Source: Congzhengia sp. (GTDB lineage: Bacteria > Bacillota > Clostridia > UBA1381 > UBA9506). Taken from it: DNA of 64,000 nucleotides. The translations under genes and the position numbers were made by a program. The stretch lies in the NCBI GenBank assembly GCA_045544215.1, contig JAZPYM010000076.1, positions 3,171 through 67,170 on the forward strand, in the 5' to 3' direction. Below, one piece after another: positions 49,073 to 59,045 of this stretch. Under the pieces are notes generated by a model. It saw only the letters and a list, made by a program, of their open reading frames with translations, was not told the origin of the DNA and did no database searches. Position 1 is the stretch's first letter. Each line of letters begins with the position of its first letter.

Positions 49073-49748
49073 TGCCATACCCTCCTCGTGTTTCATCGCG
49101 GGCGATTTTGCCGTCTTCAATGGCAATGACGCGCTTTTTCATTTTGTCAACAATATCTTTTGCATGGGTTGCCATAATCACAGTGGTGCCGCGCTTGTTG
49201 ATATCGTCTAACAGTTCCATGATTTCCATGGCGGTTTTTGGGTTTAGGTTTCCGGTAGGCTCGTCTGCAATTAAAAATGCAGGATTGTTTACCAAAGCGC
49301 GCGCAAGCGCCACACGCTGCTGCTCACCACCGGAGAGCTCACTGGGGTATGCTTTTGCTTTGTGAGAAAGTCCTACCAGACTCAACACATTTGGCACCTG
49401 CCTTCTGATTTCCTTTCTGCTGGCACCAATAATGTCCATGGCAAAAGCCACATTTTCAAATACAGTTTTTTGGGGAAGCAAACGGAAATCCTGAAACACA
49501 ACGCCCATAGAGCGGCGAAGATAAGGAATTTCCCGGCGCTTCAGTTTTGCCACATCATTGTTATTAATGATGACTTGTCCGGAGGTTGCTACCTCCTCGT
49601 GCATCAAAAGCTTTATTAAAGTAGATTTACCCGAACCGCTGGGACCAACAATAAAGACAAATTCTCCTCGCTCAATGAAGAAACTGATGTCATCTAAAGC
49701 GGTAGAGCCGTTGGGATAAACCTTGGATACATTACTTAGTAAAATCAA
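49062..49748 (-). CDS. ftsE: Cell-division ATP-binding protein FtsE
   Basis: 228 aa with Walker A GPSGSGKST, the signature LSGGEQQR and Walker B FLIADEP. Confidence 0.92.
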   Translation of the reverse strand: MILLSNVSKVYPNGSTALDDISFFIERGEFVFIVGPSGSGKSTLIKLLMHEEVATSGQVIINNNDVAKLKRREIPYLRRSMGVVFQDFRLLPQKTVFENVAFAMDIIGASRKEIRRQVPNVLSLVGLSHKAKAYPSELSGGEQQRVALARALVNNPAFLIADEPTGNLNPKTAMEIMELLDDINKRGTTVIMATHAKDIVDKMKKRVIAIEDGKIARDETRGGYGNED

Positions 49749-49827
49749 TATAACATCCAGGCCTTTCTGCCCACAAAATCAGCTTGCTTGCACTGCGTGT
49801 GGGCACACAGAGCAACAATTTTGGTCT

Positions 49828-50904
49828 TTAAAATTTTGACGGGTTGGAGGTTAAATACTTTCCAACCAAAACTGCCACTTTAAATACCACGGCATCGTCA
49901 AATTTTCTTAGATCAAGACCGGTTAAACGCTCGATTTTATCAAGACGATAAACCAGCGTATTTCTATGCACAAACAGCTGACGAGAGGTTTCACTGACAT
50001 TCAAATTGTTTTCAAAGAATTTGTCAATGGTTTGCATGGTTTCATCATCCAAAACCTCTAAGCCTTCTTTTTTGAAAATCTCATCCAGGAACAGCTCGCA
50101 AAGCTTGCTGGGCAATTGATAAATCAAACGACCAATGCCAAGCTCATCATAGCTTAAAATATATTTATCTCCATCAAACACACGGCCGATTTCAATGGCA
50201 AGTCGTGCCTCGGAGAAAGAACGGGCAATGTCGTTAATTGAATCAACCGGAGTACCGATACCCACAAACACCCGCAGCATCAGCTCGGCATTAATGGTTT
50301 CTACAATGCTTTTTGCAGTTTTTTCAGCATAGTTTGCAGGATATCCCGGAGAAAGTGCCTTAATCAGCACAATGTTTTTGTTGTCGATGTTAATTACAAA
50401 ATCCTGGTCAGGAAACATATTTTGCAATAGCTGCACAACACCGGTTTCGTTCCCCGGAATTTGTACGATAAACACAAGACGGGAAACATCCGTGTCAATC
50501 TGCAGTTCGCCGGAGCGTAGATAAATATCACCGGGAAGTACATTGCCTTGCAGCACGCTTTTTAAATAGCTGATTTTATCATACCGGTCGCCACAGTGGA
50601 TTTGCAGGTTAGAAATGCTGATCGCCAATAGCGCACAAAGCTTTTGGTCCTCGCTCTCTGTCCCCTTTACATAAACCACAAACTCCATAATATTTCGCGT
50701 TCCAATGCCAACACAGGAGTAGCCGTTTATTACAAACGGACGACCGTTGCCCTGCACCGTGGAAACGATGGAGAAAGCATCGTCCTCCTCTATCGGCTCG
50801 CCTACATAAGAAACCAACACGGAGGTGCTGTTGATAACACCCATAGACTTACGGGTTACACCGCGCATTTGGTCTAAAACAGGCTGGAAAACTTCACTCA
50901 ACAT
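49828..50904 (-). CDS. PucR/CdaR-family transcriptional regulator
   Basis: The C-terminal HTH is VSETSRQLFVHRNTLVYRLDKIERLTGLDL. ATG at 50904 lies 9 nt after AAGGAG. Confidence 0.75.
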   Translation of the reverse strand: MLSEVFQPVLDQMRGVTRKSMGVINSTSVLVSYVGEPIEEDDAFSIVSTVQGNGRPFVINGYSCVGIGTRNIMEFVVYVKGTESEDQKLCALLAISISNLQIHCGDRYDKISYLKSVLQGNVLPGDIYLRSGELQIDTDVSRLVFIVQIPGNETGVVQLLQNMFPDQDFVINIDNKNIVLIKALSPGYPANYAEKTAKSIVETINAELMLRVFVGIGTPVDSINDIARSFSEARLAIEIGRVFDGDKYILSYDELGIGRLIYQLPSKLCELFLDEIFKKEGLEVLDDETMQTIDKFFENNLNVSETSRQLFVHRNTLVYRLDKIERLTGLDLRKFDDAVVFKVAVLVGKYLTSNPSKF

Positions 50905-51062
50905 ATGAATTCGCTCCTTTGTATAATAAAATAAATACAATTCCTTTATCTTATATCATACTCGATTTTTAATAAATTTGCAATAATTTTTTACAAATTT
51001 AACCGAAATTTAATTTTTTTTGATAAAATTTTTATTGAAATACCCAAATTTTTAAAATAAGG

Positions 51063-51091
51063 TTGCATATTTATTCAAATTAGTGTATAAT
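51063..51091 (+). promoter_or_regulatory. argD promoter overlapped by an ARG-box-like sequence
   Basis: TTGCAT (51063-51068), 17 nt, TATAAT (51086-51091). TGCATATTTATTCA (51064-51077) resembles the ArgR box core TGAATwwwwATTCA. Confidence 0.45.
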
Positions 51092-51125
51092 TATAACATG
51101 ACAGATGCAAATGGAGGAAATTTAT

Positions 51126-52313
51126 ATGATAACAAGTGATATTGCAAATCTGGACAAATTGCATTATATGAATACTTTTGGGGAGCGTATCCCCGTTTCC
51201 TTTACCAAGGGGGCGGGCATACACCTTTATACAGAGGACGGCACAGAATATACCGATTTTTTGGCAGGCATTGCGGTCAGTGCTGTGGGACATAGCCATC
51301 CTACCCTGGTGGATGCCATTTGCAAACAGGCAAAAAGTGTGTTGCATGTGTCCAATTACTATTATATTGAACAACAAGCACTTTTGGCGGAAAAGATTAC
51401 ATCAAACAGTGTGGCGGACAAGGTGTTTTTTGCAAACTCCGGTGCCGAGGCAAATGAGGGTGCACTAAAGCTTGCAAAAATTTATCATTACAAAAAGGGC
51501 AATGGCCATAAGTATCAGGTCATTACGCTTAAAAACTCCTTTCACGGAAGAACATTGGCAACAGCCGCAGCCACAGGACAGGAAAAATTCAGCGCACCCT
51601 ATCATCCATTAACGCCGGGGTTTGTTTATGTGGTGGCAAATGATATTGAAGCACTTAAGCAGGCAATGAATGAAAACACCTGTGCAGTGATGCTGGAAAT
51701 GATTCAGGGAGAAAGCGGCGTACATCCGCTGGATGCAGCATATGTTTCAGCGGTGGCTTCCATTTGTAAGGAAAACGATGTTCTGCTGATTTGCGATGAG
51801 GTACAAACAGGCATGGGCAGAACCGGAAAACTGTTTGCTTATGAGCATTATGGTATTCAGCCAGATATCTTCACCCTTGCCAAAGCTCTTGGCGGCGGCG
51901 TTCCCATTGGTGCGGTCTGTGCAAAAGATGCAGTAGCACAAAGCTTTTCGCCTGGAGACCATGGCTCTACTTTTGGAGGAAATCCGTTGGCATGTGCAGC
52001 CGGTCTTGCGGTATTTGATGTTTTTGAAAAAGAGCAGCTGGTGGAAAATAGCTGTCGGGTTGGTGCATATTTTGTAGATGAACTCAAAAAAATGGCAGAA
52101 ACAACGCCTTGTATCAAAGAAGTGCGCGGCAAGGGATTGATGATTGGTGTGGAATTTCAAGAAGCAATTGCAGGAGAAATCAAGCACAAGATGTTTGAAA
52201 AACGCTATTTAACAGGCGCAACTGCAACCACCTTGCGCATTTTGCCACCGCTCATTGTGACAAAAAGCGATGTGGATGCGTTTATACAGACATTGAAAGA
52301 AATTTTAAAATAG
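51126..52313 (+). CDS. argD: Acetylornithine aminotransferase
   Basis: Class-III aminotransferase with NSGAEANE, DEVQTGMGRTG and LAKALGGG (PLP Lys). ATG at 51126 follows GGAGG. Confidence 0.88.
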   Translation: MITSDIANLDKLHYMNTFGERIPVSFTKGAGIHLYTEDGTEYTDFLAGIAVSAVGHSHPTLVDAICKQAKSVLHVSNYYYIEQQALLAEKITSNSVADKVFFANSGAEANEGALKLAKIYHYKKGNGHKYQVITLKNSFHGRTLATAAATGQEKFSAPYHPLTPGFVYVVANDIEALKQAMNENTCAVMLEMIQGESGVHPLDAAYVSAVASICKENDVLLICDEVQTGMGRTGKLFAYEHYGIQPDIFTLAKALGGGVPIGAVCAKDAVAQSFSPGDHGSTFGGNPLACAAGLAVFDVFEKEQLVENSCRVGAYFVDELKKMAETTPCIKEVRGKGLMIGVEFQEAIAGEIKHKMFEKRYLTGATATTLRILPPLIVTKSDVDAFIQTLKEILK

Positions 52314-52325
52314 GAGAGCAGCAAA

Positions 52326-53252
52326 ATGAAACATTTACTTACATTACATGACTGGTCCACAGACGACATTTTAAGTACGCTTGATTTGGCGGATGTGTTA
52401 AAGCAAAAACAAAAGCAGGGGATTGAGCATCATATCCTGAAGGGGAAAACCCTGGGTATGATTTTCTCAAAATCTTCTACCCGTACCCGCGTTTCCTTTG
52501 AAGTGGGAATGTATCAACTGGGTGGTTCTGCGTTGTTTTTAAGTTCAAATGACATTCAGCTTGGGCGCGGAGAGACCATTTATGATACCGCCAATGTGCT
52601 CTCAAGATTTTTAGACGGCATTATGATTCGTACCTATAAGCAGTCCGATGTGGAGGATTTGGCAAAATACGGCACCATTCCCATTATCAACGGACTAACG
52701 GATTTGGTGCATCCCTGCCAGATTTTAGCCGATTTTCAAACCATTCGCGAGCATAAGGACGGAAAGCTCAAAGGCTTAAAACTTGCCTATATCGGCGACG
52801 GAAATAACATGGCACACTCTTTGCTTTATGGCGGTGCAAAGGTGGGCATGGATGTGGCAGTTGCCACACCTGCTGCCTATATGTGTGATGCGCAGGTGGT
52901 AGAAAATGCGCTGGAGGATGCAAAAGCAACGGGTGCAACCCTGACCATTACCAACGACCCGTGTGAGGCCATTAAAGATGCGGATGTGGTGTATGCAGAT
53001 ACCTGGATCAGCATGGGACAGGAAAGCGAAAAGGCAGAAAAAATTAAGGTGTTTAAAGACTATCAAATTAATCAGGAATTGTTTTCTATGGCAGCTAAGG
53101 ATGCAATTTTTCTGCATTGCTTGCCTGCATATCGGGGTTATGAAGTGACAGAAGATGTCATTGACGGACCGCAGTCTGTGATTTTTGACGAGGCGGAAAA
53201 TCGCCTGCATGCACAAAAAGCGGTTATGGTTAAATTGATGGGAGAACAATAA
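52326..53252 (+). CDS. argF: Ornithine carbamoyltransferase
   Basis: Motifs STRTRVSFE, HPCQ and HCLPA. Confidence 0.92.
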   Translation: MKHLLTLHDWSTDDILSTLDLADVLKQKQKQGIEHHILKGKTLGMIFSKSSTRTRVSFEVGMYQLGGSALFLSSNDIQLGRGETIYDTANVLSRFLDGIMIRTYKQSDVEDLAKYGTIPIINGLTDLVHPCQILADFQTIREHKDGKLKGLKLAYIGDGNNMAHSLLYGGAKVGMDVAVATPAAYMCDAQVVENALEDAKATGATLTITNDPCEAIKDADVVYADTWISMGQESEKAEKIKVFKDYQINQELFSMAAKDAIFLHCLPAYRGYEVTEDVIDGPQSVIFDEAENRLHAQKAVMVKLMGEQ

Positions 53253-53269
53253 AAAAGGGAGAGAAATCC

Positions 53270-53734
53270 ATGTTTGAGGTACGGAGAGCAAAATTAGAGG
53301 ATGTTGACAGCATTGCCAAGATTACGCACGAGGCATTTTTGAAATATATTGATTTAGCGGGTATTACAGACACCGCGGCGCTTCATGAAACCAAGGAGCA
53401 GATTATAGACGACATCAAAAACAAAATTGTGTATGTGGCATACATTAAAAATCAGGTGGTAGGCAGCGTCAGAATTGAATTGTTAGATGATGAAACAGCA
53501 TACCTTTCCCGTTTTGGTGTGAATATGGAGTTTCAAAATCTGGGAATTGGAAAATCCATGATGAATTCTTTGGATATGGAGCTGAAAGAGCTTCATGTTA
53601 AGCGGGTAATACTTCACACAGCGGCAAAAGCTGCCCCGTTGATGCGTTTTTATTATAATCGGGGATTTTATGTAGATTCCACCAGCAAGGATAAAGGATA
53701 TATCAGGGCGCTTTTGGTTAAGGATATCAAATAA
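53270..53734 (+). CDS. GNAT-family N-acetyltransferase
   Basis: 154 aa. LSRFGVNMEFQNLGIGKSMM is the acetyl-CoA binding motif. Confidence 0.8.
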   Translation: MFEVRRAKLEDVDSIAKITHEAFLKYIDLAGITDTAALHETKEQIIDDIKNKIVYVAYIKNQVVGSVRIELLDDETAYLSRFGVNMEFQNLGIGKSMMNSLDMELKELHVKRVILHTAAKAAPLMRFYYNRGFYVDSTSKDKGYIRALLVKDIK

Positions 53735-53736
53735 GT

Positions 53737-53771
53737 AAACGGCTGTAGCAGTGATTGCTACAGCCGTTTTT
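53737..53771. terminator. Bidirectional intrinsic terminator
   Basis: AAACGGCTGTAGCAgtgatTGCTACAGCCGTTTtttt. Confidence 0.75.
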
Positions 53772-54239
53772 TTATGAAGTGTAATCTTCCAAAAGAGCCA
53801 CTAAATCTTCCTCAGATTTTAAAATAATTCCCTGCTCCAAAAGGATGCGGTCTGCCTCAAGTAATGCGTCGGGAGAAATGGGCAAATCCTTTTGATACAC
53901 TTTTTCTCCCTGGGGCGTAATGGTGTAAAGCTCTACAATACCGTTTGTTGCCAGCACCAGATAATCGTTTTTATCGATGACAATCTGCACATCCTGTTTT
54001 GGTAGAGATGCTTGTGTGGTGTCGGATTGGGGAAGATTTGGAAATGCTTTGTCATGCGTGGTTGGCAAAGTACTTTCCCTTGCAGCATGATAAAACTCCG
54101 ACGGCGTTTCTGCACCATTATAGCGCACCACGCGATAGCCAAGCAATGCACAAATAAGCATTGCGCCGAATATTGACAGTGCAATTAATCCCAAATGCAG
54201 TAGATGGCGAATGTTTTTCGCACTCTGCTCCTTATCCAT
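53772..54239 (-). CDS. Membrane-anchored hypothetical protein
   Basis: It has a single N-terminal TM (LGLIALSIFGAMLICALLG) and no recognisable domain. ATG at 54239 is preferred. Confidence 0.55.
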   Translation of the reverse strand: MDKEQSAKNIRHLLHLGLIALSIFGAMLICALLGYRVVRYNGAETPSEFYHAARESTLPTTHDKAFPNLPQSDTTQASLPKQDVQIVIDKNDYLVLATNGIVELYTITPQGEKVYQKDLPISPDALLEADRILLEQGIILKSEEDLVALLEDYTS

Positions 54240-54436
54240 GTTATCAGACCCTTTAAAAATTTCTTTGTTTTTAGTATGCCAAATCAAGTTTTTGTCTATA
54301 CTTTCAATTAGAAAATTTTATAAAAAAAGAGTTTTCACAGCAAAGTAACCCTCGCGTAATAGTTTTGTAATAAGTTTAGGATAAAATAAAATTGAATCAT
54401 CATAAATACTCATTACCAATTCAAGAGGTGAGCAGT

Positions 54437-56728
54437 TTGGCAACAAATACATACAGAAAAGGGGCAAGACCCACACAGGAAAATGCAAAAAAAAGAAAAA
54501 AGAAGAAAAAAGATATGAAGGTTTTTGGACGCCTTTTGTTTATTCTTATTGTCATTGCTGCCTTGGTAGCGTCTGTTGCGGCAGGTGCTGTGGTGGGCTT
54601 TATTGACAACAGCATGGATTTGATTGCAGAGGAATACAATTTAGATTTTACCTCCATCATTTATTACATTGATGAGGAGACGAATCAGCCTAAGGAATTA
54701 GACCGTATTCACAGAAACGAAAATCGTGTTTGGGTGGATATTGCAGATATTCCGGAAAATTTAACCAATGCATTTATCTCCATTGAGGATGAGCGCTTTC
54801 GTGAGCATAAGGGCGTGGACTTAAAGCGTACCTTTGGTGCGTTTTTAAAATGGATGACAGGCAATGATTCTTATGGTGGCTCTACCATTACCCAGCAGTT
54901 GATTAAAAACATTACCGGGGACAGGGATCGTTCTCCTACCAGAAAAGTGCAGGAAATGATTCGCGCCATGAACCTGGAAAAGAAAATGAGCAAGGACCAG
55001 ATCATTGAAATGTATATGAACACCATTTATTTTGGTGGAGGCTGCCACGGTGTGCAAACGGCAGCAAACTATTATTTCAGCAAGGATGTTAAAGATTTAA
55101 CCTTGGAGCAGTGTGCATCCCTTGCGGGCATTGTAAAAGCGCCTACAACTTATAACCCTGCTACCAATTATGAAAAAAACAAGGAACGCCAAGAGGTTAT
55201 TTTAACGAAAATGGCAAATTTGGGACACATTTCACAACAGGAATGTGACGAGGCGAAGAAAAAGGATTTGAAGATCAAAATCGGAAAATCTCAGCAGCAG
55301 GATGTACCCGCAGATGTAAAGAGCTATGCGGTTGACGCCGTTGTTGCAGATGTAATACGGGATTTGATGGAAAAGGAGAACCTTTCTGAAAGTGATGCAA
55401 CCAATCGCCTCTACACCGGCGGGTTTAAGATTTATTCAACCATTGATCCCAAGGTGCAATCGGCAATTGATAAAGTTTTTCAAAACACGGCAAACTTCCC
55501 CGGGGCTGCAGGCAATAAACCTCAATCCGCCATGGTGGTGATGGATCCCTATACAGGACAGATTAAGGGTATGGCAGGCGGCATCGGCAAAAAAACAGTC
55601 AGCCGTGGCTTTAATATGGCAACCCAGGCAAAGCGCCAGCCCGGTTCTGCAATCAAGCCCTTGGCGGTTTATGCTCCTGCAATTGAATACAATGTGATTA
55701 CCGCTGCAACAGTTGTAAATGATTCTCCGTTAAAAATTGGTGATTGGGAGCCGAAAAACTCCGGCGGCGGTTATAAAGGCAAGCTTGCGGTAAGAAGTCA
55801 TTTGGAGCTTTCCCGCAACATTCCCGCTGTGAAGGTTATGCGGGAACTGACAGTGGAAAAATCCTTTGATTTTATGACCAAAAAGTTGGGCTTTACAACT
55901 TTAGTGGCAGGGGAAACCAGAAACGGAAAATTGGTTTCAGATAAGTCTCTTTCTACAGCGCTGGGTGGTCTGACCGATGGTGTTACAGTAAAGGAAATGA
56001 CTGCGGCATATGCCACATTTGTAAATAGCGGACGATATAATGAACCTATCACATATACAAAGGTGATTGATGCCAATGGCAAGGTTGTGCTGGAAAACAA
56101 GATGCAGAACAAGCGCGCCATGAGTGAAGAAACCGCATTTATCATGCAGAATATGATGAGCGGCGTTGTAAGAAGCGGTACAGGAACAGCAGCTTCTTTG
56201 GGTAATATCTATGCTGGTGGTAAAACAGGTACCACCAACGGCAACAAGGACCGTTGGTTTATGGGCTTTACGCCTAATTATGTTGGCGGCGTTTGGATGG
56301 GCTATGAAATTCCAAAGCCAATGAGTGGCGGAAATGCCTGCCCGAAAATCTGGAAAAATGTAATGAAAGAAATTCACGCAGGAGAAACCATCAAAACTAT
56401 CCCGGTACCTGATGATGTTGTAAAACGCACCATTTGTCAAATTAGCGGGCGTGTGGCATCGGAGATTTGCACTACCACCCGTGTGGATTACTTCAAAGAG
56501 GGAACGCAGCCTATGAAATATTGCTCATCCCACGATACAGGTCTGCCGGAGACTGAGGGTGAGGGAACAAGCACTGCCAGCCCATCTGCGACAGCACCAT
56601 CTGGTCCGGAAGAGGAATTGACAGAAAACAATACAGTCCCGCCGGAAACGGAGATACCCAACGGGGCGGCAACACCGGATGACTCTTCAACAGAGGGCTC
56701 CGAGGACACATGGTTCGGGGAAGAATAA
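54437..56728 (+). CDS. Class A penicillin-binding protein (PBP1A: glycosyltransferase plus transpeptidase)
   Basis: The GT51 motifs are EDERFREHKG and GGSTITQQL. The transpeptidase motifs are SAIKP, SRN and KTGTT. It has a Lys-rich cytoplasmic N-terminus and a Pro/Ser/Glu-rich C-terminal tail. The TTG at 54437 (6 nt after AGAGGTG) is preferred to the ORF-track start at 54392. Confidence 0.9.
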   Translation: MATNTYRKGARPTQENAKKRKKKKKDMKVFGRLLFILIVIAALVASVAAGAVVGFIDNSMDLIAEEYNLDFTSIIYYIDEETNQPKELDRIHRNENRVWVDIADIPENLTNAFISIEDERFREHKGVDLKRTFGAFLKWMTGNDSYGGSTITQQLIKNITGDRDRSPTRKVQEMIRAMNLEKKMSKDQIIEMYMNTIYFGGGCHGVQTAANYYFSKDVKDLTLEQCASLAGIVKAPTTYNPATNYEKNKERQEVILTKMANLGHISQQECDEAKKKDLKIKIGKSQQQDVPADVKSYAVDAVVADVIRDLMEKENLSESDATNRLYTGGFKIYSTIDPKVQSAIDKVFQNTANFPGAAGNKPQSAMVVMDPYTGQIKGMAGGIGKKTVSRGFNMATQAKRQPGSAIKPLAVYAPAIEYNVITAATVVNDSPLKIGDWEPKNSGGGYKGKLAVRSHLELSRNIPAVKVMRELTVEKSFDFMTKKLGFTTLVAGETRNGKLVSDKSLSTALGGLTDGVTVKEMTAAYATFVNSGRYNEPITYTKVIDANGKVVLENKMQNKRAMSEETAFIMQNMMSGVVRSGTGTAASLGNIYAGGKTGTTNGNKDRWFMGFTPNYVGGVWMGYEIPKPMSGGNACPKIWKNVMKEIHAGETIKTIPVPDDVVKRTICQISGRVASEICTTTRVDYFKEGTQPMKYCSSHDTGLPETEGEGTSTASPSATAPSGPEEELTENNTVPPETEIPNGAATPDDSSTEGSEDTWFGEE

Positions 56729-56796
56729 GATAGTTCTTATAAAGTGATTTTTTGCATATGATATAAGTGTATAAAAAAACCGAGGAGATTTGATAG

Positions 56797-58524
56797 ATGA
56801 ATTATCAAGAAAAATATGCCGCATGGTGTAATAGTGATGCAGTTGATGCAAAAACCAAGGCAGAACTGATTGCCCTGCAGGCAGATGAAAACGCAATCAA
56901 GGAACGATTTTTTCAGGATTTGGAATTTGGCACCGGCGGTTTGCGCGGTATTTTAGGCGCCGGCTCCAGCAGAATGAATGTGTATACTGTTCGAAAAGCG
57001 ACCCAAGGACTTGCAAGCTATATTTGCAGCATAGGTGATGCGGCAAAAAACAAAGGGGTTGCTATCTCCTATGACAGTCGCTATTTCTCGCCGGAATTTG
57101 CCATGGAAAGTGCCCGGGTGTTAGCAGCAAACGGCGTTAAGGCGTATGTGTTTGACAAACTACATCCCACGCCTGTGCTTTCCTTTGCTGTACGGGAACT
57201 TGGTTGTACCGCCGGCATTATGATTACCGCATCCCACAACCCGTCAAACTATAACGGCTACAAGGTTTATGGTGCAGATGGCGCACAACTGAATGTGGAA
57301 GATTCCGAAAAGGTAATGGCTTATATCAACAATATGGACATTTTCCGCGATGTAAAAACCATGGAAGAACAGGATGCAAGGGATTGTGGCCTTATTTCTA
57401 CCATTGGGGATGACATCCGCGAAAAATTTGTGAAACAGGTGCTTTCCTGCAGAAAAAATCCTGATGTAGCAGAAGATGCTGCAAAAGAAATAAAGATTGT
57501 ATATACGCCGTTTCATGGTACGGGATTGGTTCCTGTTACCGAGGTGCTTTCTCAGGCGGGGTACAAACAAGTGTATGTGGTAGAGGAGCAGGCAAAACCC
57601 GACCCGGCGTTTTCTACTGTAAAGTCTCCCAACCCTGAGGAAAAAGAGGGATTTCGCCTGGCAATCGCATTGGCAGAAAAGGTAGATGCAGATGTTATCT
57701 GCGGAACGGACCCGGATGCAGACCGCATTGGTGTTTTGGCAAAGGACGCAAATGGTAACTATCAGGTGTTAACCGGCAACCAAATGGGGCTTTTGCTGGC
57801 GGAATATATTTTGTCCTCTGCAGCAGAAAAAAATCTGCTAAAAGAAAATGACTACATTGTAAAAACCATTGTGACCACGGATTTGACAAAAAAAATTGCC
57901 GCAAATTACGGCGTTCGTATGTACGATGTTTATACCGGCTTTAAGTTTATTGCCGAAATCATAAAGCAACATGAGGCAAACGGTGACGGCAACTATTATT
58001 TCGGATATGAGGAAAGCTATGGTTGTCTGCCGGGGACCTATGCAAGAGATAAAGATGCTATTGCTGCAACCTTGTTGGTTTGCGAGCTTGTGGCAGTTTT
58101 AAAGCGCAAGGGACTGACGCTTGGGGATGCCCTTGATAACCTTTACAAAAAATATGGTTGCAGTGTGGAGCGCACTGTTTCTGTTTATATGGAAGGGTTG
58201 GACGGCATGCAGAAAATGGCGGATTTGATGGATAAAGTGGCAAAATCGCCGCTGCGCAGTATCGGAGGCACTGATTTTGTTGCGTTCCGAAACTACAACG
58301 AGGATTTCCGCCTGGATTATGAGACAGGCAAAAAAGAGCCGATTGGCTTTGCTCCGTCCAATGTGCTATATTTCGAGCTTGCCGGTGGCGGATTTTTCGT
58401 TATTCGCCCATCTGGTACAGAGCCAAAAATTAAATTTTACTATTCTGTTCCCTGCGGTACATTAGATGAAGGAAATGCAAAAATTGATCTATTAGATAAA
58501 GCAGTAAAGGAAGCGTTATTATAA
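56797..58524 (+). CDS. Phosphoglucomutase/phosphomannomutase family protein (PgcA-like)
   Basis: 575 aa with TASHNPSNYNGYKV (phospho-Ser loop), GTDPDADR and GYEESYG. Confidence 0.9.
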   Translation: MNYQEKYAAWCNSDAVDAKTKAELIALQADENAIKERFFQDLEFGTGGLRGILGAGSSRMNVYTVRKATQGLASYICSIGDAAKNKGVAISYDSRYFSPEFAMESARVLAANGVKAYVFDKLHPTPVLSFAVRELGCTAGIMITASHNPSNYNGYKVYGADGAQLNVEDSEKVMAYINNMDIFRDVKTMEEQDARDCGLISTIGDDIREKFVKQVLSCRKNPDVAEDAAKEIKIVYTPFHGTGLVPVTEVLSQAGYKQVYVVEEQAKPDPAFSTVKSPNPEEKEGFRLAIALAEKVDADVICGTDPDADRIGVLAKDANGNYQVLTGNQMGLLLAEYILSSAAEKNLLKENDYIVKTIVTTDLTKKIAANYGVRMYDVYTGFKFIAEIIKQHEANGDGNYYFGYEESYGCLPGTYARDKDAIAATLLVCELVAVLKRKGLTLGDALDNLYKKYGCSVERTVSVYMEGLDGMQKMADLMDKVAKSPLRSIGGTDFVAFRNYNEDFRLDYETGKKEPIGFAPSNVLYFELAGGGFFVIRPSGTEPKIKFYYSVPCGTLDEGNAKIDLLDKAVKEALL

Positions 58525-58526
58525 AA

Positions 58527-58560
58527 TAAAGAGCTGTGGCCAAAGCCACAGCTCTTTATT
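58527..58560. terminator. Hairpin between convergent genes (weak T-run)
   Basis: AAAGAGCTGTGGCcaaaGCCACAGCTCTTT. Confidence 0.55.
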
Positions 58561-59041
58561 CTTTACATAAATCAAAAATCTTTGCGCTTATAAATTCTAT
58601 TAAGGTGTTGCGGCAAAGCAGCAACTGACAACCTTTCACACCCGCACTGACTGTGATTTTTTCACAGTTTTCTACGGATGCATCAAAAAAAGTGGGAAAC
58701 TTTTTTTTCATCCCAATGGGAGAGCAACCGCCACGAACATATCCCGTCAGGGGTAACAGTTCCTTTACCGCCAAAAGCTCCACATTTTTATTGTTTGTGG
58801 CGCGGGCGGCTTTTTTTAAATCAATTTCCTTATCCACGGGAATGCAAAACACCACAGGACCGGTTTTGTCCCCTTTTGCCACTAAGGTTTTAAACACCAT
58901 GTGATAGGGAAGTCCCACGGAGTCGGCAATGTGTGTTCCGGAAAGGTCGTTTTCATCTACCTCGTATTCAATCGCTTCAAAAGGAATTTTTGCTTTATCC
59001 AGCATCCGCATTGCGTTGGTTTTCATCGGTTTTGCGGCCAT
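58556..59041 (-). CDS. ybaK: Cys-tRNA(Pro)/Cys-tRNA(Cys) deacylase YbaK
   Basis: 161 aa. ...TNAMRMLDKAKIPF...FKTLV...GGCSPIGMKK is typical of YbaK/EbsC. Confidence 0.85.
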   Translation of the reverse strand: MAAKPMKTNAMRMLDKAKIPFEAIEYEVDENDLSGTHIADSVGLPYHMVFKTLVAKGDKTGPVVFCIPVDKEIDLKKAARATNNKNVELLAVKELLPLTGYVRGGCSPIGMKKKFPTFFDASVENCEKITVSAGVKGCQLLLCRNTLIEFISAKIFDLCKE

Positions 59042-59045
59042 ATTC

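Noticed and set aside
52776-53291. 171-aa minus-strand ORF across the argF 3' end
   Set aside because: It is antisense to argF, which has clear OTC motifs. It is Cys/His/Phe-rich, so it is a shadow ORF. The same applies to 51747-52187 opposite argD and 55937-56440 opposite PBP1A.
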